Assembly: GCF_006345805.1 (NCBI RefSeq)
Contig: NC_043009.1
Coordinates: 71,176,001-71,240,000 of the forward strand
Origin: Octopus sinensis
Lineage: Eukaryota
Reading direction: 5' to 3'
DNA: 64,000 nucleotides
Below, in pieces: positions 15,039-28,255 of this stretch (positions within the stretch are counted from its first letter, which is position 1; each line of letters begins with the position of its first letter). The translations under genes were made by a program, and so were the position numbers. A model generated the notes under the pieces. The model worked only from the letters and a program-made list of their open reading frames with translations, searched no databases and was not told the DNA's origin.

Positions 15039-16641
15039 CTAATCCGCTGTATGTTTTTATACTTTACCACTTCCTACACAGAATATTACCCCCTACGGCT
15101 TGTACCACAAGATAAAATGGCATCCCAGATGGTAAACAACAACAACAATAACATCTTCATCCTCATCATCCTGAACAACAACAACAACACCACCACCAAT
15201 TCTGTGGCATCAACAACTTGCTGGTATCTAGGCCGACTACAGCGATGTTGTTGTTGTTGTTGTTGTTGCCAGTCGTACTTCCGATGGCATCCTTTACGAA
15301 TTTAGCCTGAAATGGCGAGCGACACAGATACTGGTGGAGAGTGAAATGAAGCCGGATGTGATTGTTATCTCTATTTGGAATCTATTAACCGCGTTTGTGC
15401 AGAATTGCAGAACTGCGGTGGAGGCGGCGGCGTCGGTAGTAGACGAGATGGTGGTGGTGGTGGTGGTGGCGAAGAAGGCGAGGATGGTGGTGGCGACGAA
15501 GGCGCCAGGGTCAATCAGTACGTTTAATTCTCTTTAATTATTAGCTTTATCAGTTGTCATCAAGTTCTTTTTTGCATTACCATAAACTGTCAGCACTAAT
15601 AACAACAACATTCCAAAGGGTCAGTGAAGGGAGAATTTATTCATTCGCTCGATCTGCTAAAATAGCAGCCAAATGTCCTTCAAATATATACTATTATCTT
15701 TAAAAAGAAAGTTAGAAATTGGTCTGAACTGGCCATACTGGAACAAATCTGATCATTGGCCAATTCAATAACTGTGGTAAAAACAACAAAAGCAACACGA
15801 ATGGAACTCTATGTGGTCATACAACATGCAAGACATGTTAACCAACTCTCCCTCTGACCATGTACTTCACCACCTTCTTAACAGAGGCCATATCGCGCAA
15901 GAAAGCTCGGTTTCCATTTTGAATTTCTCTATACTGCAGTTTTATTTACTGCCTTCCGATGACTGCAGTCTCTCCGGGATATGAACCCACTGCTGTAAAT
16001 TATCAAAAGAAAAATCGATTAAATCGAGGAAACTACAAACCTGTGCCGTATCCAATTTAGAGCTTGGCGAACAGATGTTGAAAGGTTTCAGCGCCTTGCT
16101 TCAGGAGGCCAAAGTATAACGACCGCAACCGATACAAAGACCTGGCCTTTTAGTTGAGACGTTATTACTTCCATTTCTCCAACTTTATCCATCTCTCCAC
16201 CATTCATTTTAGCCTAAATATGATCAGAAAACTTGCTGCGTATATGTCTTCAGGTATATATCCTGTCTTTCATTAGTATTCTTTACTAGTTTTAGAAGCC
16301 AGTAACATTACGATGGAAAAATCGAAATCGATCTCGTCCTAAAACGACAAATAACTCAAGTGGGGTGGAATTTAGAAAGTGGGAATTTAGAAGAGGATCG
16401 ATTTTTCTGCATTCGGACAATGCAATATCTGAAATTCTTGCCTAAGGTTATGGGAGTCGAATCCGATTTCACTGCAAGAAATGTCATGTGTTGTATATTT
16501 CTAACACGTTAGATGACAATAGCATCGGTTGTTTAAAGATAAAGCCTAGCTTCGATAAATTCCGTGGATAATAATAATAAGAGTTTACAGAATATTGTCT
16601 AAACGAGTTGTTGCTATTTAGGATAAAGGTTAAATTCTTAC

Positions 16642-16688
16642 AATAAGTTTAATAGATGTTCCTCATATTTTATTTTGCTCTTTTTGTG
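16642..16688 (-). CDS. Coding exon; HKKSKIKYEEHLLNL(L)
   Basis: Acceptor cactctacaccccttcag and donor TT|gtaaga. 47 nt, phase 0 to 2, bridges the neighbouring exons in frame. Confidence 0.65.
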
Positions 16689-17019
16689 CTGAAGGGGTGT
16701 AGAGTGCGGAGTCTTTATCCTGCAACTGTAGTCTTTAGAAAATAACGTTTGAAATCGATTAAGTATCTGCCATCCAGCCATTATCATCATTCTCTGGGAT
16801 ACAATGAAAACCAGTATCGTGTGTGTGTGTGTGTGTGCGTGCGTGTGCGTGCGTGTGTGTTGAATCAAACAGTGTTAACAGACTTGTAAATTAGCAGCGG
16901 GTTTTGATATTAAGTTTTAAATGTGAACAGGTGTATCAGCATTAGATATATGTGTATGCACACACTCATACACACACATACACATGCACACTCATATACA
17001 CACATACACACACACACAC

Positions 17020-17065
<46 letters not shown>

Positions 17066-17204
17066 CGTTCACGCAGCTAAGAATACATGCGCACGCACGT
17101 GATAGCCATAAATTCGACATTTTGTTATTACATATTCATGAGTAAAGGTGAGAGACAAACGGACACGGTACAACATCAGCGAAAATATCCGACCAGATTA
17201 CTTT

Positions 17205-17295
17205 TGCTTCCTAAGCTCAAATTCACCCGAGTTCCACTCGACCTTTCTTCTCTTGGGGGTCGGTAAATAAAGTACCAGTAATACATCGGACTCAA
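17205..17295 (+). mobile_element. Degenerate SINE fragment
   Basis: aagctcaaattcacccgag...ctttcttctcttgggggtcggtaaataaagtaccag. Confidence 0.55.
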
Positions 17296-18555
17296 AACAT
17301 TCGACATTTGCTTCCTGTGGTGTTGTTTATGTGTTAGAAAGCGGTAATTATATGTGAGTGTACATATATGTATATGCTTATTTACACACATACACACTCA
17401 CATATCTACACACGCATACGCACATATACACGTACATACACGCACACGCATGCACACACACACACACACACACATGCGCACACACGTATAGCATCATATG
17501 GACGCTACATCGCAATGGAGAGCACTCTTATAATGTTGGGATATGGAGGGGAATAATCAACATTATTGATTCATAAATAATTTTCTCAGTTTCCGTTCAG
17601 ATTTGTTTCTTTCAGTTTTAACAATTAATTTTTCTGGTGAGTGTGCGAAAGCTAAGCGCTCATCAGATCAACCATTGCTTGGGGATTTTATCATGTATGG
17701 GGGCTATACATACACACATGCATATACACACACATATTTACACATACATATGCATTTACACACATAGTTGTGAGAGTTCTCTATCTTGGCCCCTTCTACA
17801 TACAGACATATGCTCACACGGCCACTGTTTTGTGGAAATATTGGAGAGCACAACTCACATTTTCTTTCATAAACGCACGAGCTGAAGATTTCCGTTTTAG
17901 CATTGTGATATGATCCCGGTTGCCTGGGTAAGTGCCCATTAGGCCAATCTTACGATTCGATTTCAATCGGAGGCTGTGACATAATTTTATTTGCTCCTTT
18001 CTTTCTCCTTAGTTGAAACATGACAACTCTTGCTCACAATGTTTTCTTTGCATCCCTAGAATAAATCATAACACTTATAGAACTCCATACATATTTTTCG
18101 GTGGTTTATTTATTTCTTAGCTTATACACTCAAGTACTGCAGAATTCTTGAATATATGGCAGGCTACACAACAACAACAACAACCTTTCAGCAAGTTCTC
18201 TGCAGCAGTAAATGGTTAAAGAGAATTAGTAGATCTATATAGATACATGACAACCTATTCAGTAAGAAAATAGTGATGAAATAAATAGAACCAAGGAATA
18301 TATAAAACCCCCAAAATTATTCACTTGTGTAATCAAATGCATCAATAATATAAAATCGACGAAAGAATATTTCATAACATTAGCCAAAATTCATAAAAAA
18401 GACATATATACCCTTGTATCCAGATCATTTTAAATTCAAATGTAATGATTTATGGCAAAAGTAGAAAAAAATATTATTGTGTAATAATATATCAGCGCTA
18501 AATCTGACTAACCTCCATTACAAGTCTCCGAAGTAATACAAATGTAATTGCTTAC

Positions 18556-18672
18556 ATGAATATTGCAAACTAAAGGAAAAATTGTCAAATTCGGGGTCCA
18601 ACGGTCTCCTTCTGATTCATGTCGATCTCCTGGCAACATGTTGGGTAATATGACACGGCAATGGTCCTGTGA
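18556..18672 (-). CDS. Coding exon; SQDHCRVILPNMLPGDRHESEGDRWTPNLTIFPLVCNIH
   Basis: Acceptor ctaagccattttccag (alternative in-frame cag 6 nt downstream would start the exon at 18666) and donor CAT|gtaagc. 117 nt, phase 0 to 0. Confidence 0.7.
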
Positions 18673-18860
18673 CTGGAAAATGGCTTAGCATCAGCATCGC
18701 AGTTCTACAGGTAACCCGGAAGGTAAGTGGAACAGAGATGATTGTATATGAAGCACAGTTGAGATCATCAGATACGTCTTTCAACAGATCTATATACACC
18801 CGTTTTAATATTTCCATACACTCGCACGCACACACCACACACCACACTCACGCACACACA

Positions 18861-18904
<44 letters not shown>

Positions 18905-19186
18905 CACACTCACACACACACACACACACACACATCCAGTTACAAATCCAGTGGAGTAGAGACACTATAGTACGCGCACTAAACACGATCCCACTCAATC
19001 CAATTTGTAGGAACAATGAAGAAAAATCATTCTCTTGTTCACTCACTGATGTTTTTACTCTGTAAATTACTCAACACAATTAAAGCAGAACATTGATTAA
19101 TTTTTACACTCGTTAACTTACAGGAAAGTAGACACGCTACCGTACACGTACCGTCGAAGCTACACACTGTTATACAACTAAAGTAC

Positions 19187-19490
19187 AAAGGCGTAACTGA
19201 ATGGTAAGAAGTTTCCCAACCACATGGTTCCGAGTTCCGGGTTCAGTCCCACTCCGTGGTACCCTGGGCAATTGTCTTCTATTATAACCTCGGGCTGATC
19301 AAAGCCTTGTGGGTGGATTTCTTAGGCGGAAACTGAAAAGCATGTGTATGTGTGTGGGGGATGGTCTTTGTTCCAGTGTTTGTCCCCACCACCACTTGAC
19401 AACCGGTGTTGGTGTGTTTACGTCCCAGTAACATAGTGGTTCGGAATAACAGACAGATAGAATAAGTGCCAGACAGATAGAATAAGTGCC
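19187..19490 (+). mobile_element. CORE-like SINE, near full length
   Basis: tRNA-like head (ggtaagaagtt...ccgggttcagtccc) followed by the CORE-like body. Confidence 0.85.
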
Positions 19491-19499
19491 AGACTCTAG

Positions 19500-19710
19500 A
19501 AATAAGAAACGAGGTCATCTTTATAGCACATCCGATCTTGGAGCTTCATCAGAGCGAATACAAACACATAAAATAAAAGAAGAGAGGAAAGAAGAGGACA
19601 GAAGAGGGCATTGGGCAAGAAAGATCAATAAATTAGAAATCATGCCATTTTGCAGTGTAAAACCTGAAGTCGATGGGCAAAAGAGTAAACTAGGGAGTAA
19701 TCTAGAACAG
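19500..19710 (+). mobile_element. Possible RTE-clade LINE 3' remnant
   Basis: IKEERKEEDRRGHWARK...VKPEVDGQKSKLG resembles the RTE 'W.GH..R...W.P..KR..GRP' tail. Confidence 0.3.
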
Positions 19711-19944
19711 TAATCGGTGGGTTTATCTCTTTTTATAGGGGTACCAGGGTGTATAAATAATAATAAAATAAAAAATAAGACTAGTGCTTAAATAAAACAG
19801 AAATCGCCCATAAATCTAGAAAAAGGGTAGTACTTGTGATTTTTGTACAATGTAGTTCTCAGGGAGATTCAGCGTCGTGTATATATATATATATATATTA
19901 TATATATATATATTATATATATATATATATTATATATATATATA

Positions 19945-20105
19945 TATATATACGACGGGGTTCTTTCAGGTTCCGTCTGCCAAATCCACTCACAAGGCCT
20001 TGATCGGCCCGAGTAGAAGACACTTGCGCAAGGTTCCACGCAGTGTGACTGAACCCAGAACCATGTGGTTGGTAAGCAAGCTACTTACCACACAGCCACT
20101 CCTGT
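19945..20105 (-). mobile_element. CORE-like SINE 5' half, inverted relative to the 19187 copy
   Basis: Reverse complement of the head and core of 19187-19330. Confidence 0.85.
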
Positions 20106-21166
20106 GCCTATATATACACACATAAGTATAAACATCTTTGTACACAGATTAATACATGCCTTAATGTACCCAACCTTTTGTTCCCCTCACTGATGCAAAC
20201 ATTAAAGAACACACACTAATGTACACTCACTGGATCAGACATACATTCTCTACACTCACAGCTACACACACGAATATATATATTCGCTATTGAACATATA
20301 TACACACGCACATAACTACACATGCTATATACCAACAAAATTATACACACTAAAGCATTCACGCTTCAGTATAGCATTTTGTGCATGTATTTATGTATAT
20401 AGACTTCTGTACGGTACGTACATATATCACAGCAGACAAGTGCTCAATGTATACCACCTAATTACACACAGTACTGGCACTGTTGTATACGCACTAATCT
20501 ACACACATTGAAGTACACACGCTTTTATACAAATTACCCAAGTATTTCCATAACAAAAAAATACGTCATGACCACGTGACTAGTGTATATTTCGCATCCA
20601 TATTAATGGAGAAGAAAAAAACTTCGAGCGATGCCAAATATTTCAGAGAATACTTGTCGTGTGAAATATAAACTTGATGTGAAGTAAAACAAAACAACAT
20701 GAGCGACGTTTTTAATACACAAGCATGCACAGGAACATCATCAGGAAGTATCAGGAATATAAAGAGTTATGTTCATCATTAGACATCTGTGAATGTATGG
20801 GTATGTGTGTGGGATAGGGTGAGATGGGGTGTATGCGGTGCGTGTAAGATATTAAAAACCATGTCTTAAGTTTTTTAACAAGAGACTCGTCATAAGATGG
20901 AATATAATTTCTGATTACATAATACATTACTATTGCAAAAGTATACTCATGTGTGTGTGTGTGCTCGCTCGTTCATATTTATGTATGTACACACACACAC
21001 ACACATAATATTACAAGTCAAATAGTTTCGATATTCATTTTTATATTATCTTTCAGACATGTTATATTGAAGTCGTGTCTTCAATATAACGTGGGTCTCT
21101 CTTTATATGTATATATGCGCGTATATTAGTGTGAATAGATGTGTGTGTGTGTGTTTGTGTGTGTGT

Positions 21167-21201
<35 letters not shown>

Positions 21202-21826
21202 TAAATATATAGAAAGAGAAAGAAAGATTTGTCGTCGTAACTATTATCTCTCTGTAAAGTGAAATAACTTTTCTGATGAAACACTTTTATTTTAATACCC
21301 TTCTTAAAGATATATACATGTATTCCTATAGCCATACATATATGCATGTGTGTGTGTATACATACATACTTACACACACACATACACATGTGTATATGTA
21401 CGTGTGTGTGTGTGTAAAACGACGATAACAACAACATTGTCAAAGTGAAGACAAGTTGTGATTTTATTAGTTTGACGCCAGCGAAGAAAGCAACTCGGAA
21501 ACGTGTTTAACCTTTTCAGTCAGAGTTCGTTTTCAGTCAGAACGAAAGTAAAGTGTAGGAAACGAAGAAATGGGATTGCGCAAATGGTGACGTAAGAATG
21601 AGTCTGTGAGAGATTAGAATAACCGGTAATGAAGCTGAAGGAAATGGCTTTCATACGTACGAGTGCAACAGGGAAATTTTGAACACTAATTGTGCGTGTG
21701 TACTTGTATGTCCGGCTTTTAGTAAGACGTCTGTATGTGTGTAAGCATGGTTGCTTTCTCCTAGCAGCCAGGATTGGTCGTCTTGAGGAATCGGGTTCAT
21801 ATATGAATGTGAATGCGTTGTGAATG

Positions 21827-22009
21827 CGATTCACTTCAACATTTAAGTTTAATTTGTCAAAATATGTTCGTCGCTTTAAGACCGCGACCTGTTCACTGAC
21901 AAAAATCCGTGCTGTGTGATGCATCACGGATTTTTGTCAGTGAACAGGTCGCGGTCTTATAGCGACGAAAATATTTTGACAAATTAAACTTAAATGTTGA
22001 AGTGAATCG
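21827..22009. repeat. 183-bp inverted repeat (about 85-bp arms), each arm with a hammerhead-like fold
   Basis: Arms 21827-21911 and 21925-22009 differ at only a few positions. The centre contains the palindrome gtgatgcatcac. Confidence 0.95.
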
Positions 22010-22721
22010 AACGGCTTTTGTGTGTTTCTTGTATGAATAGCGTTTTCTAGTTTGAAGCGCGCGTTTAGGGGTTTGTTAGACGTGTTTAGTGTGACGACAG
22101 GTGTTTGTATGAAGGTGTAACAGGGGTCTTTTGGGTAAAAGAAAACATAGGAGGGTCAGTTAATTATGACTTTATAGAACATATTCCCCTCTCAGATTCG
22201 TACACTTTTTTGCAGCGTCCCTTCACTAAAAGAACTCGGAAGTTTGGGCCTCCATCCTTAAAGCCAAGAACTTTTCAGCTCCCTCCACCCCTACCACGAA
22301 AGCACCAACAGGTTTCCACGCACTACTCTCTCAAAAATCAAACCTGTAGATATCCACAGAAAAGCAGTCAGGACCTACTCGTCCGTATTTTACACAAGGC
22401 AGATACATAAATATATATCTACTTCTGTCTTTATTTATACACATCCTTAGAAAACTACAAAATTCCATTCAGACAAAAGTTGCAGAATATGGAATTTGTG
22501 ATAGCACGGAGAATTTGTAGGAAAGGCACTTAGTTATTTATAAGGCAAAGGATATCCAAAAGAAATTGTAAAACTAAGCAATCAATCTATTAATTCACCA
22601 AATAGTTAGCTAATTATCTAAATCATTAATAACGAAGGTAAAGTGATAAGTAGCCCGTGTGTATATTATAACTGGTAGAATGACCCTCTCATGATAAAAC
22701 CATGTTGCAACACTAACAAAC

Positions 22722-23932
22722 AAGACGCTGAGCAAAAAGAAGGCAACGTTTTGGAACTTGAAATTCATCCCAGTATATTTCAACAACGTGGAAATTTTAT
22801 TCATCAAAGGAAATACCATTACAATCAACACATTTTTGCCAACGAGTTATAAGTTTTTTTATTCCGGTAACACAAAAATCTGGTGTTCTGGAGCTGAAGA
22901 ATTCTTTCAGCGCACTTTTAGCATCGGTTTGATTTTTTAACTCTTTTACTCGCAGGAAATCATCAAGGTGCTTGAAAGAGTGATAATCGGTAGGAGAAGG
23001 ATTTGGGGAATAAATAGAGTGGGAAGAACTTCGTAGCCAAGTTCCCTCAACTTCTGGGATGTCATGAAGAATGATTGGCCCTCTTCCGTTGACCAGTCTG
23101 GGACGGAGGAGTTGCAGTTTTTCGTTCATTTTGGCAATCTCATGGCAATATGTTTCTACAGTAATGGTTTTTCCGCGCTTTTAGAAGTTATAGTGGATGA
23201 GTCCATCAGCACACTACCAAACAGTCACCATAACCTTCTTTTTGAAGAGCTCGGGTTTAGGGAAGGTTTTCTGTGCTTCCTTTTGGTCCAACCACTGCGA
23301 AGAACTTTTTTTTTTGTACAGAATCTACTTTTCATCACAAGTTACAAAACGGTAGGGAAACAGATCGGTCTGGTTACGGAGTAGAAGCGACAAGCAGATT
23401 ACATATCTGCTCCTTTTCTGATTTTCATTCAAATTGTGTGGCACCCATTTGTCGAGCTTTTTGATTTTCTGATCGCATGCAAATGGTTGCAGGCAGTTCT
23501 CTGGCTAACTTGGAGTTCTTTTGCCAGTTCTCGGGTGGTTTTACGTGGAATTTTTTCAATGAAGGTCTTTAATTGACTGTCATCGATGACAGATGGGCGT
23601 CCACTACGCTGAAACCATTTTCGGGCTGACCACTCACTGATCATTTCCTAACAAAACGTTTCGTTGATATCGCGAGCAGTTTCAGCTGCTTTACGCTCTT
23701 TTTGAAGTTGAATAGCAAAATTGCTCGAATATCGCGCTTTGATAGTTCCATTTCAGATTATTGTAACAACGGTGAAAGAAAATATCAATGTTAATTTATT
23801 GGTGCATTTGGGGAAGTTTATGACTGTATCAGAGCAAAAAAAAATGTTTAAAAAGAAATTAGAAACTCTGCAAAAATCCGGTATAAATTTTTCATGGTTC
23901 AAAACGTTGCTTCCTTTTTACTCAACCTGATA
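22722..23932 (-). mobile_element. Mariner element with frameshifted transposase
   Basis: HTH region (WFQR..SGRPSVID..TTRELAKEL), YSPNPSPTDYHSF (YSPDLAP motif) and RWQKCVDCNG C-terminus. Degenerate TIRs (gagcaaaaagaaggcaacgttttgg / caaaacgttgcttcctttttactcaacctgata); TA at the right end. Confidence 0.92.
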
Positions 23933-24079
23933 TATATTTCTTCAGATCTGCTATTAACTACCTGCCGAGACAGGAAAAAGAAAATTGTGCCATGTATTTG
24001 AAAACTATGGAAATATTTTTAAAAACATTTAATTTAATTTAATTCCACAATTTAATTGTTTTTCGCACTTCACTCTAAG

Positions 24080-24115
24080 TTGAAAAAGTCGCAAAGACTG
24101 AAACCGGTACTAAAA
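24080..24115 (+). ncRNA. Decayed minimal hammerhead-like motif
   Basis: UUGAAAA (two transitions from CUGAAGA)-AGUC(GCAAA)GACU-GAAACCGGUA. Stem I is poor. Confidence 0.4.
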
Positions 24116-24203
24116 TGTTATTCATGATAAAATTAGTTTAACATTTTCTAACTTCTCTTATTTTCCTTATACATATCAACTCGTGTGTTACTTTTCAACC
24201 TTC

Positions 24204-24287
<84 letters not shown>

Positions 24288-24297
24288 TACACACACA

Positions 24298-25508
24298 TAC
24301 AAAGGTTGGACAAAATAATGGAAACACCTTAAAATTTCAAAAAAATTAATTTTAATATGGAGTAGGACCGTCTTTGGCAGTAATTACAACTTGACTTCTA
24401 TTCTACGAGGTATGAACTCGTACAAAGTTTGAATTGTTTCTAAAGGAATTTTTGTCCATTCTTCAGCTAAAACAGTCTCCAGTTCTTGTAGTGATCATGG
24501 TGAAGGATATCGACTCCTTACTTGTTTGTGTAAAATGCACCATAAGTGTCCAATAATATTGAGATCCGGGTACTGTGGTGGCTAGAATGTTCCTCGTGCC
24601 ATTCAATAACAATTTTAGCTGTGTGAATTGGTGCATTATCATATTTAAAGATTGCATTTCCCTCCAGAACCATAAGATTAATTTGATCAGAGAAAATGCT
24701 TCAATAGTCTTGACCATTAATTCTGCCTTGAAGGGAAACCACAGATCCGGCGGATTTCCAAGCTATAGCCCCCCGGATCATCACAGATCCTCCTCCATGT
24801 TTAATAGTTGGAAGAAGGCAGTCTGGGTCAAATGCTTCTTTTGGTTGTCTCCACACGTATACTCGGCCGTTGTCGGAAATAAGGTAAAGGATGACTCATC
24901 CGAGAAAATAACATCCTTCCACTGCTCTAGGGACAAATTCTGTAGGTTTTTACTCCACTCTAAATGCTCAGCAACTTTTGTTTTTGAAAGTAGTGGTTTT
25001 CTGATTGCAGCCCTCACGTGAAATCCGGCTTTGTGCGGCTCCCGGCGAACAGTTTTTGTGGAAACTTGTTTCTCGAGGTGGTCATTAAGCTCTGCAGTAA
25101 CTTTGGGATGCTTTCTAATAATTCGCATTAGACTCCGACGGTCCCTATCTGAAAGTTTTCGTTTTCTTCCGGACTTTTGTTTCACTCTTTCTCAAGGGCT
25201 GTCATTACTTTCGGGACAGTACTTCTTGATACACCAAACATTGCGGCTGCTTTCCATTACGCTAGCACCTGCCGTACGAGCACCAACAATTTGACCTCTT
25301 TGCAAGTTCGATAGATCTGTCATTTTAATGAGTTTTAATTACCTTTTTCTGATGATATCTGAAAAGAAGTATCAGTTTTAGCAAAACGTATTAAGCAACA
25401 CTAATAATAAATTTTAAAAAACCTAAAAATAAACAAGCTTTTGATGATTTTATAGATATCTCAAAATTATGATGCTATGATGCTAGGTGTCGCCATTATT
25501 TTGTCTAT
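24298..25508 (-). mobile_element. Tc1-like (DD34E) element with transposase pseudogene at about 24352-25323
   Basis: TIRs caaaggttggacaaaataatggaaacacc / ggtgtcgccattattttgtctatctcct. Starts MTDLSNLQRGQIVG; motifs FSDES, DNAPIH, PDLNIIGHLW (catalytic E to G). Frameshifts. Confidence 0.95.
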
Positions 25509-25717
25509 CTCCTATATATATATATATTTATATATATATATAAGTGTGGGGGGTGATTTTTTACAAGGGAACGGGGGTATTGTGTTTGTGTGTGTATGTG
25601 TGTGTACATTTGTGTGCATATCTGCATGTGGGGGGTTGTGTTGTATTTGCGCGTTTGTGTGTGTATCTGTGTATGTGTGGCTGTGATTTGGGGATTGTCA
25701 GAGTAGTGTGTGTGTAG

Positions 25718-26455
25718 GTTAGTTAGTTAGTTAATTTGGCTCAAAAGCAAATAGCAAGGCCATGTAGGGGGACATGGAGTTAAGTACAGGGTGGTGTTCA
25801 TGTAAAGAGTTCAGGCCACTTGAGGTCCAAGGAGGCTTTGAACAAAGCGGTCGTCGGCATCTTCACCATCTCATCTGGCAGCTTGTTCCACGGATCCGCA
25901 ACCCGGACGGAGAAAGTTCCTCTCCTTCGATTGAGATGAAATCGTCGCAGGTAGAGCTTTTCGGAATGACCCCGCAGCCGACGCTCCGGAGCAGGAGTGA
26001 AGAACAGCTCTTTCGAGAGGTTACACTTCCCGCTTATGATGTTGTGGCGAGAATGAGATCACCACGGCGGCGGCGTTTTTCAAGAGAATAAAGGTCGAGC
26101 GTCCTCAGCCTTTCTTCGTAGGACAAATTTTTGAGACCATGAACCAGGCGGGTAGCCAGCCTCTGGACTCTTTCGATGTGCTGTATGTCTTTGAGGAGAT
26201 AAGGAGAAGAGGCTTGAATCCCATACTCCAATATGGGTCTCACCAGCGTGACATAGAGTGGCAGGAATATGGCTGCTGTGAGCATTCCGAATGACCGTCG
26301 AATCAAAAACAGAATTCCGCGCGCTTTGTTGGCAGCATGGACGCACTGGGCCGAAGGCGAAAAGGAGGAATCCACCAAGATACCCAGGTCCTTTACCTGA
26401 TCGGTCCTCTCCAGCAGCAGACGACCCGGCTCGAAATCAAGTTGAGTTGCAGGAG
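25718..26455 (-). mobile_element. CR1-clade LINE 3' fragment with (TAAC)n tail
   Basis: VKDLGILVDSSFSPSAQC...LYVTLVRPILEYG...ERVQRLATRLV.GL..LSYEERLRTLDLYSLEKRRRRGDLI; tail at 25718-25734. Confidence 0.93.
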
Positions 26456-26699
26456 TAGGTGTGTGCATGTACGTGTTTACGTGTGTGAGTATTGGTTTTG
26501 GTTGCTAGAATCGTATTGCAAGTGTATATAAGTGTTTTTTTCTTAGAATGTGCGGGGGATTGTGATCTAGTGTGGGGATATTGTGTTTGTGCGTGTGTGT
26601 TTATGTGTGTGTGTGAGTGTTTGAGTGGGAGGTTTGCATTGTATTTGTGTGCGTGTTTTTGTACATCTGTATCTGTTTCTGTGCGTGTTTGTTTTGGGT

Positions 26700-27150
26700 G
26701 TGTACCTGGAGGGGAGTATGTTAGAGTATGTTGAGTTGTGGTCTGTATTTTTGAATAAGATTATTTTCCCTATTTCTTCATGTCTGGTCAGTGGTGTTGT
26801 CCGGGCATTGGTATAGTGGGAAAACTTGGAATTTAGGGGACTTGTTTTGTGCACAGAGATCTGAATGCCCACTAAGTGATATCTGTCTTGTGGTGGGATC
26901 CCTCAACTGTTGGCGGTGGACTGTCAGCATTTCTCTGAGGGTAAGGCTCGTTTGCCCTATGTAATCTTTGTGGCACCCTTCACACCTTATGGCATAAAGT
27001 AAATTCTTTGATGCGCAGGTGAAGTTATTTTTTACGACAAAAGAGTGGAATTTGTATATTGTTCCTTCAATGAGGTGGATACAAGTCCGGCAGAGTTGGA
27101 ACGACAGTTTTTGACGGTGATCGATGGGCTTGTGTTGGGTAATTTACAAC
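26700..27150 (-). mobile_element. Penelope-like element, GIY-YIG endonuclease fragment
   Basis: CRTCIHL...FTCASKNLLYAIRCEGCHKDYIGQTSLTLREMLTVHRQQ. Confidence 0.85.
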
Positions 27151-27411
27151 GTTACTTTCTACACACACACACGCACACACACACATATATACATACATAT
27201 GTATAAGATATTTTTATACACAAAGAAGAGACCATTGACAGGACTCCTTACATACTAAAAAGGCCAGTTAAAATCCAAACCATAAAAAAGAGAATTTTTG
27301 AGACACGACGTTATAACATTACAATGGACAAAGAATGAATTAGTTAATCCCGAACTCGTGATTCGGTCTTGATTGCCAATTTATGTATATATATATATAT
27401 ATACATACACA

Positions 27412-27414
27412 CAT

Positions 27415-27479
<65 letters not shown>

Positions 27480-27480
27480 T
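27412..27480. repeat. (CAGA)n tetranucleotide repeat
   Basis: Directly visible. Confidence 0.95.
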
Positions 27481-27499
27481 GTGAATTTGTCTTTGTTAA

Positions 27500-28100
27500 C
27501 TACATCCCTTGTATCTTCGTTGGAAAACGGCTCCCTCTTCAGTGGAAGATTTATAATAATTAAAAAAATACAAGAGACATCCATACTGGTGGTTGAAATA
27601 TTTTTCTTTTTAGGAAATGTTTAACCATCAAGTCTCTGCAGAGAGAAAGAGAAACGGGCCCCATATAATCTTCCTGATTCTATTTTTAGGCATCTTTTTT
27701 GATAGGGGTGTAAATTATCTTCTCTTTGACGTCACTGTTAGCCAGGAAATTTTTACAGTAACTGGTTTCTTATTGAATATTTTCTTAGAGAAGGAGAGAT
27801 GAGAGATCCTATTACTAATATTAGCAATAATGTTTTCAAAGACGGTGGAGATGACAAGATTGTTTATGTCTCTACAGTTTTTCATTTGATTTTTGGTTGG
27901 ATTTGTAAGAGCACGAATTTAGACATCAAAGAGGTCTGTAGTTACTGTGGTTTTGAAACCTTATTTGCCAAAGGTAGATGGGAGATTTTTGCTAAATCCA
28001 TCGACCGTATGAGCATCACAGCTGTGGTATATATTTCTGGAAGGGCCTCTCAAGAGGCACCAGCCAACAGGGAAGACTGAAGCATCCGTCATCCACAATC
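27500..28100 (-). mobile_element. Degraded Penelope-like RT fragment ending in a decayed CUGAAGA motif
   Basis: GFKTTVTTDLFDV...NIIANISNRISHLSFSKKIFN resembles the PLE RT thumb/linker. CUGAAGA-GGGA..UCC at about 27510-27543. Confidence 0.6.
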
Positions 28101-28154
28101 CTAAGGTAGGTGACCTCCCGGCTCCTTTTTCGGTCTACACGTTTAATATCAGCG

Positions 28155-28250
28155 GAGGTCATCTGGAAAGCATTTGTTCTGAGTTCATCTGGAAAGCATT
28201 TGTTCTGAGGTCATCTGGAAAGCATTTGTTCTGAGGTCATCTGGAAAGCA
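28155..28250. repeat. 26-bp tandem repeat, about 3.7 copies (gaggtcatctggaaagcatttgttct)
   Basis: Directly visible. Confidence 0.95.
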
Positions 28251-28255
28251 AATCA

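Noticed and set aside
15051-15537. Plus-strand ORFs with N/G/V-rich content
   Set aside because: Trinucleotide low-complexity sequence with no recognisable domain or exon chain.
19121-19176. 56-nt segment with good splice signals on the minus strand
   Set aside because: Stop codon in phase 0; incompatible with the exon chain (possible pseudo-exon).
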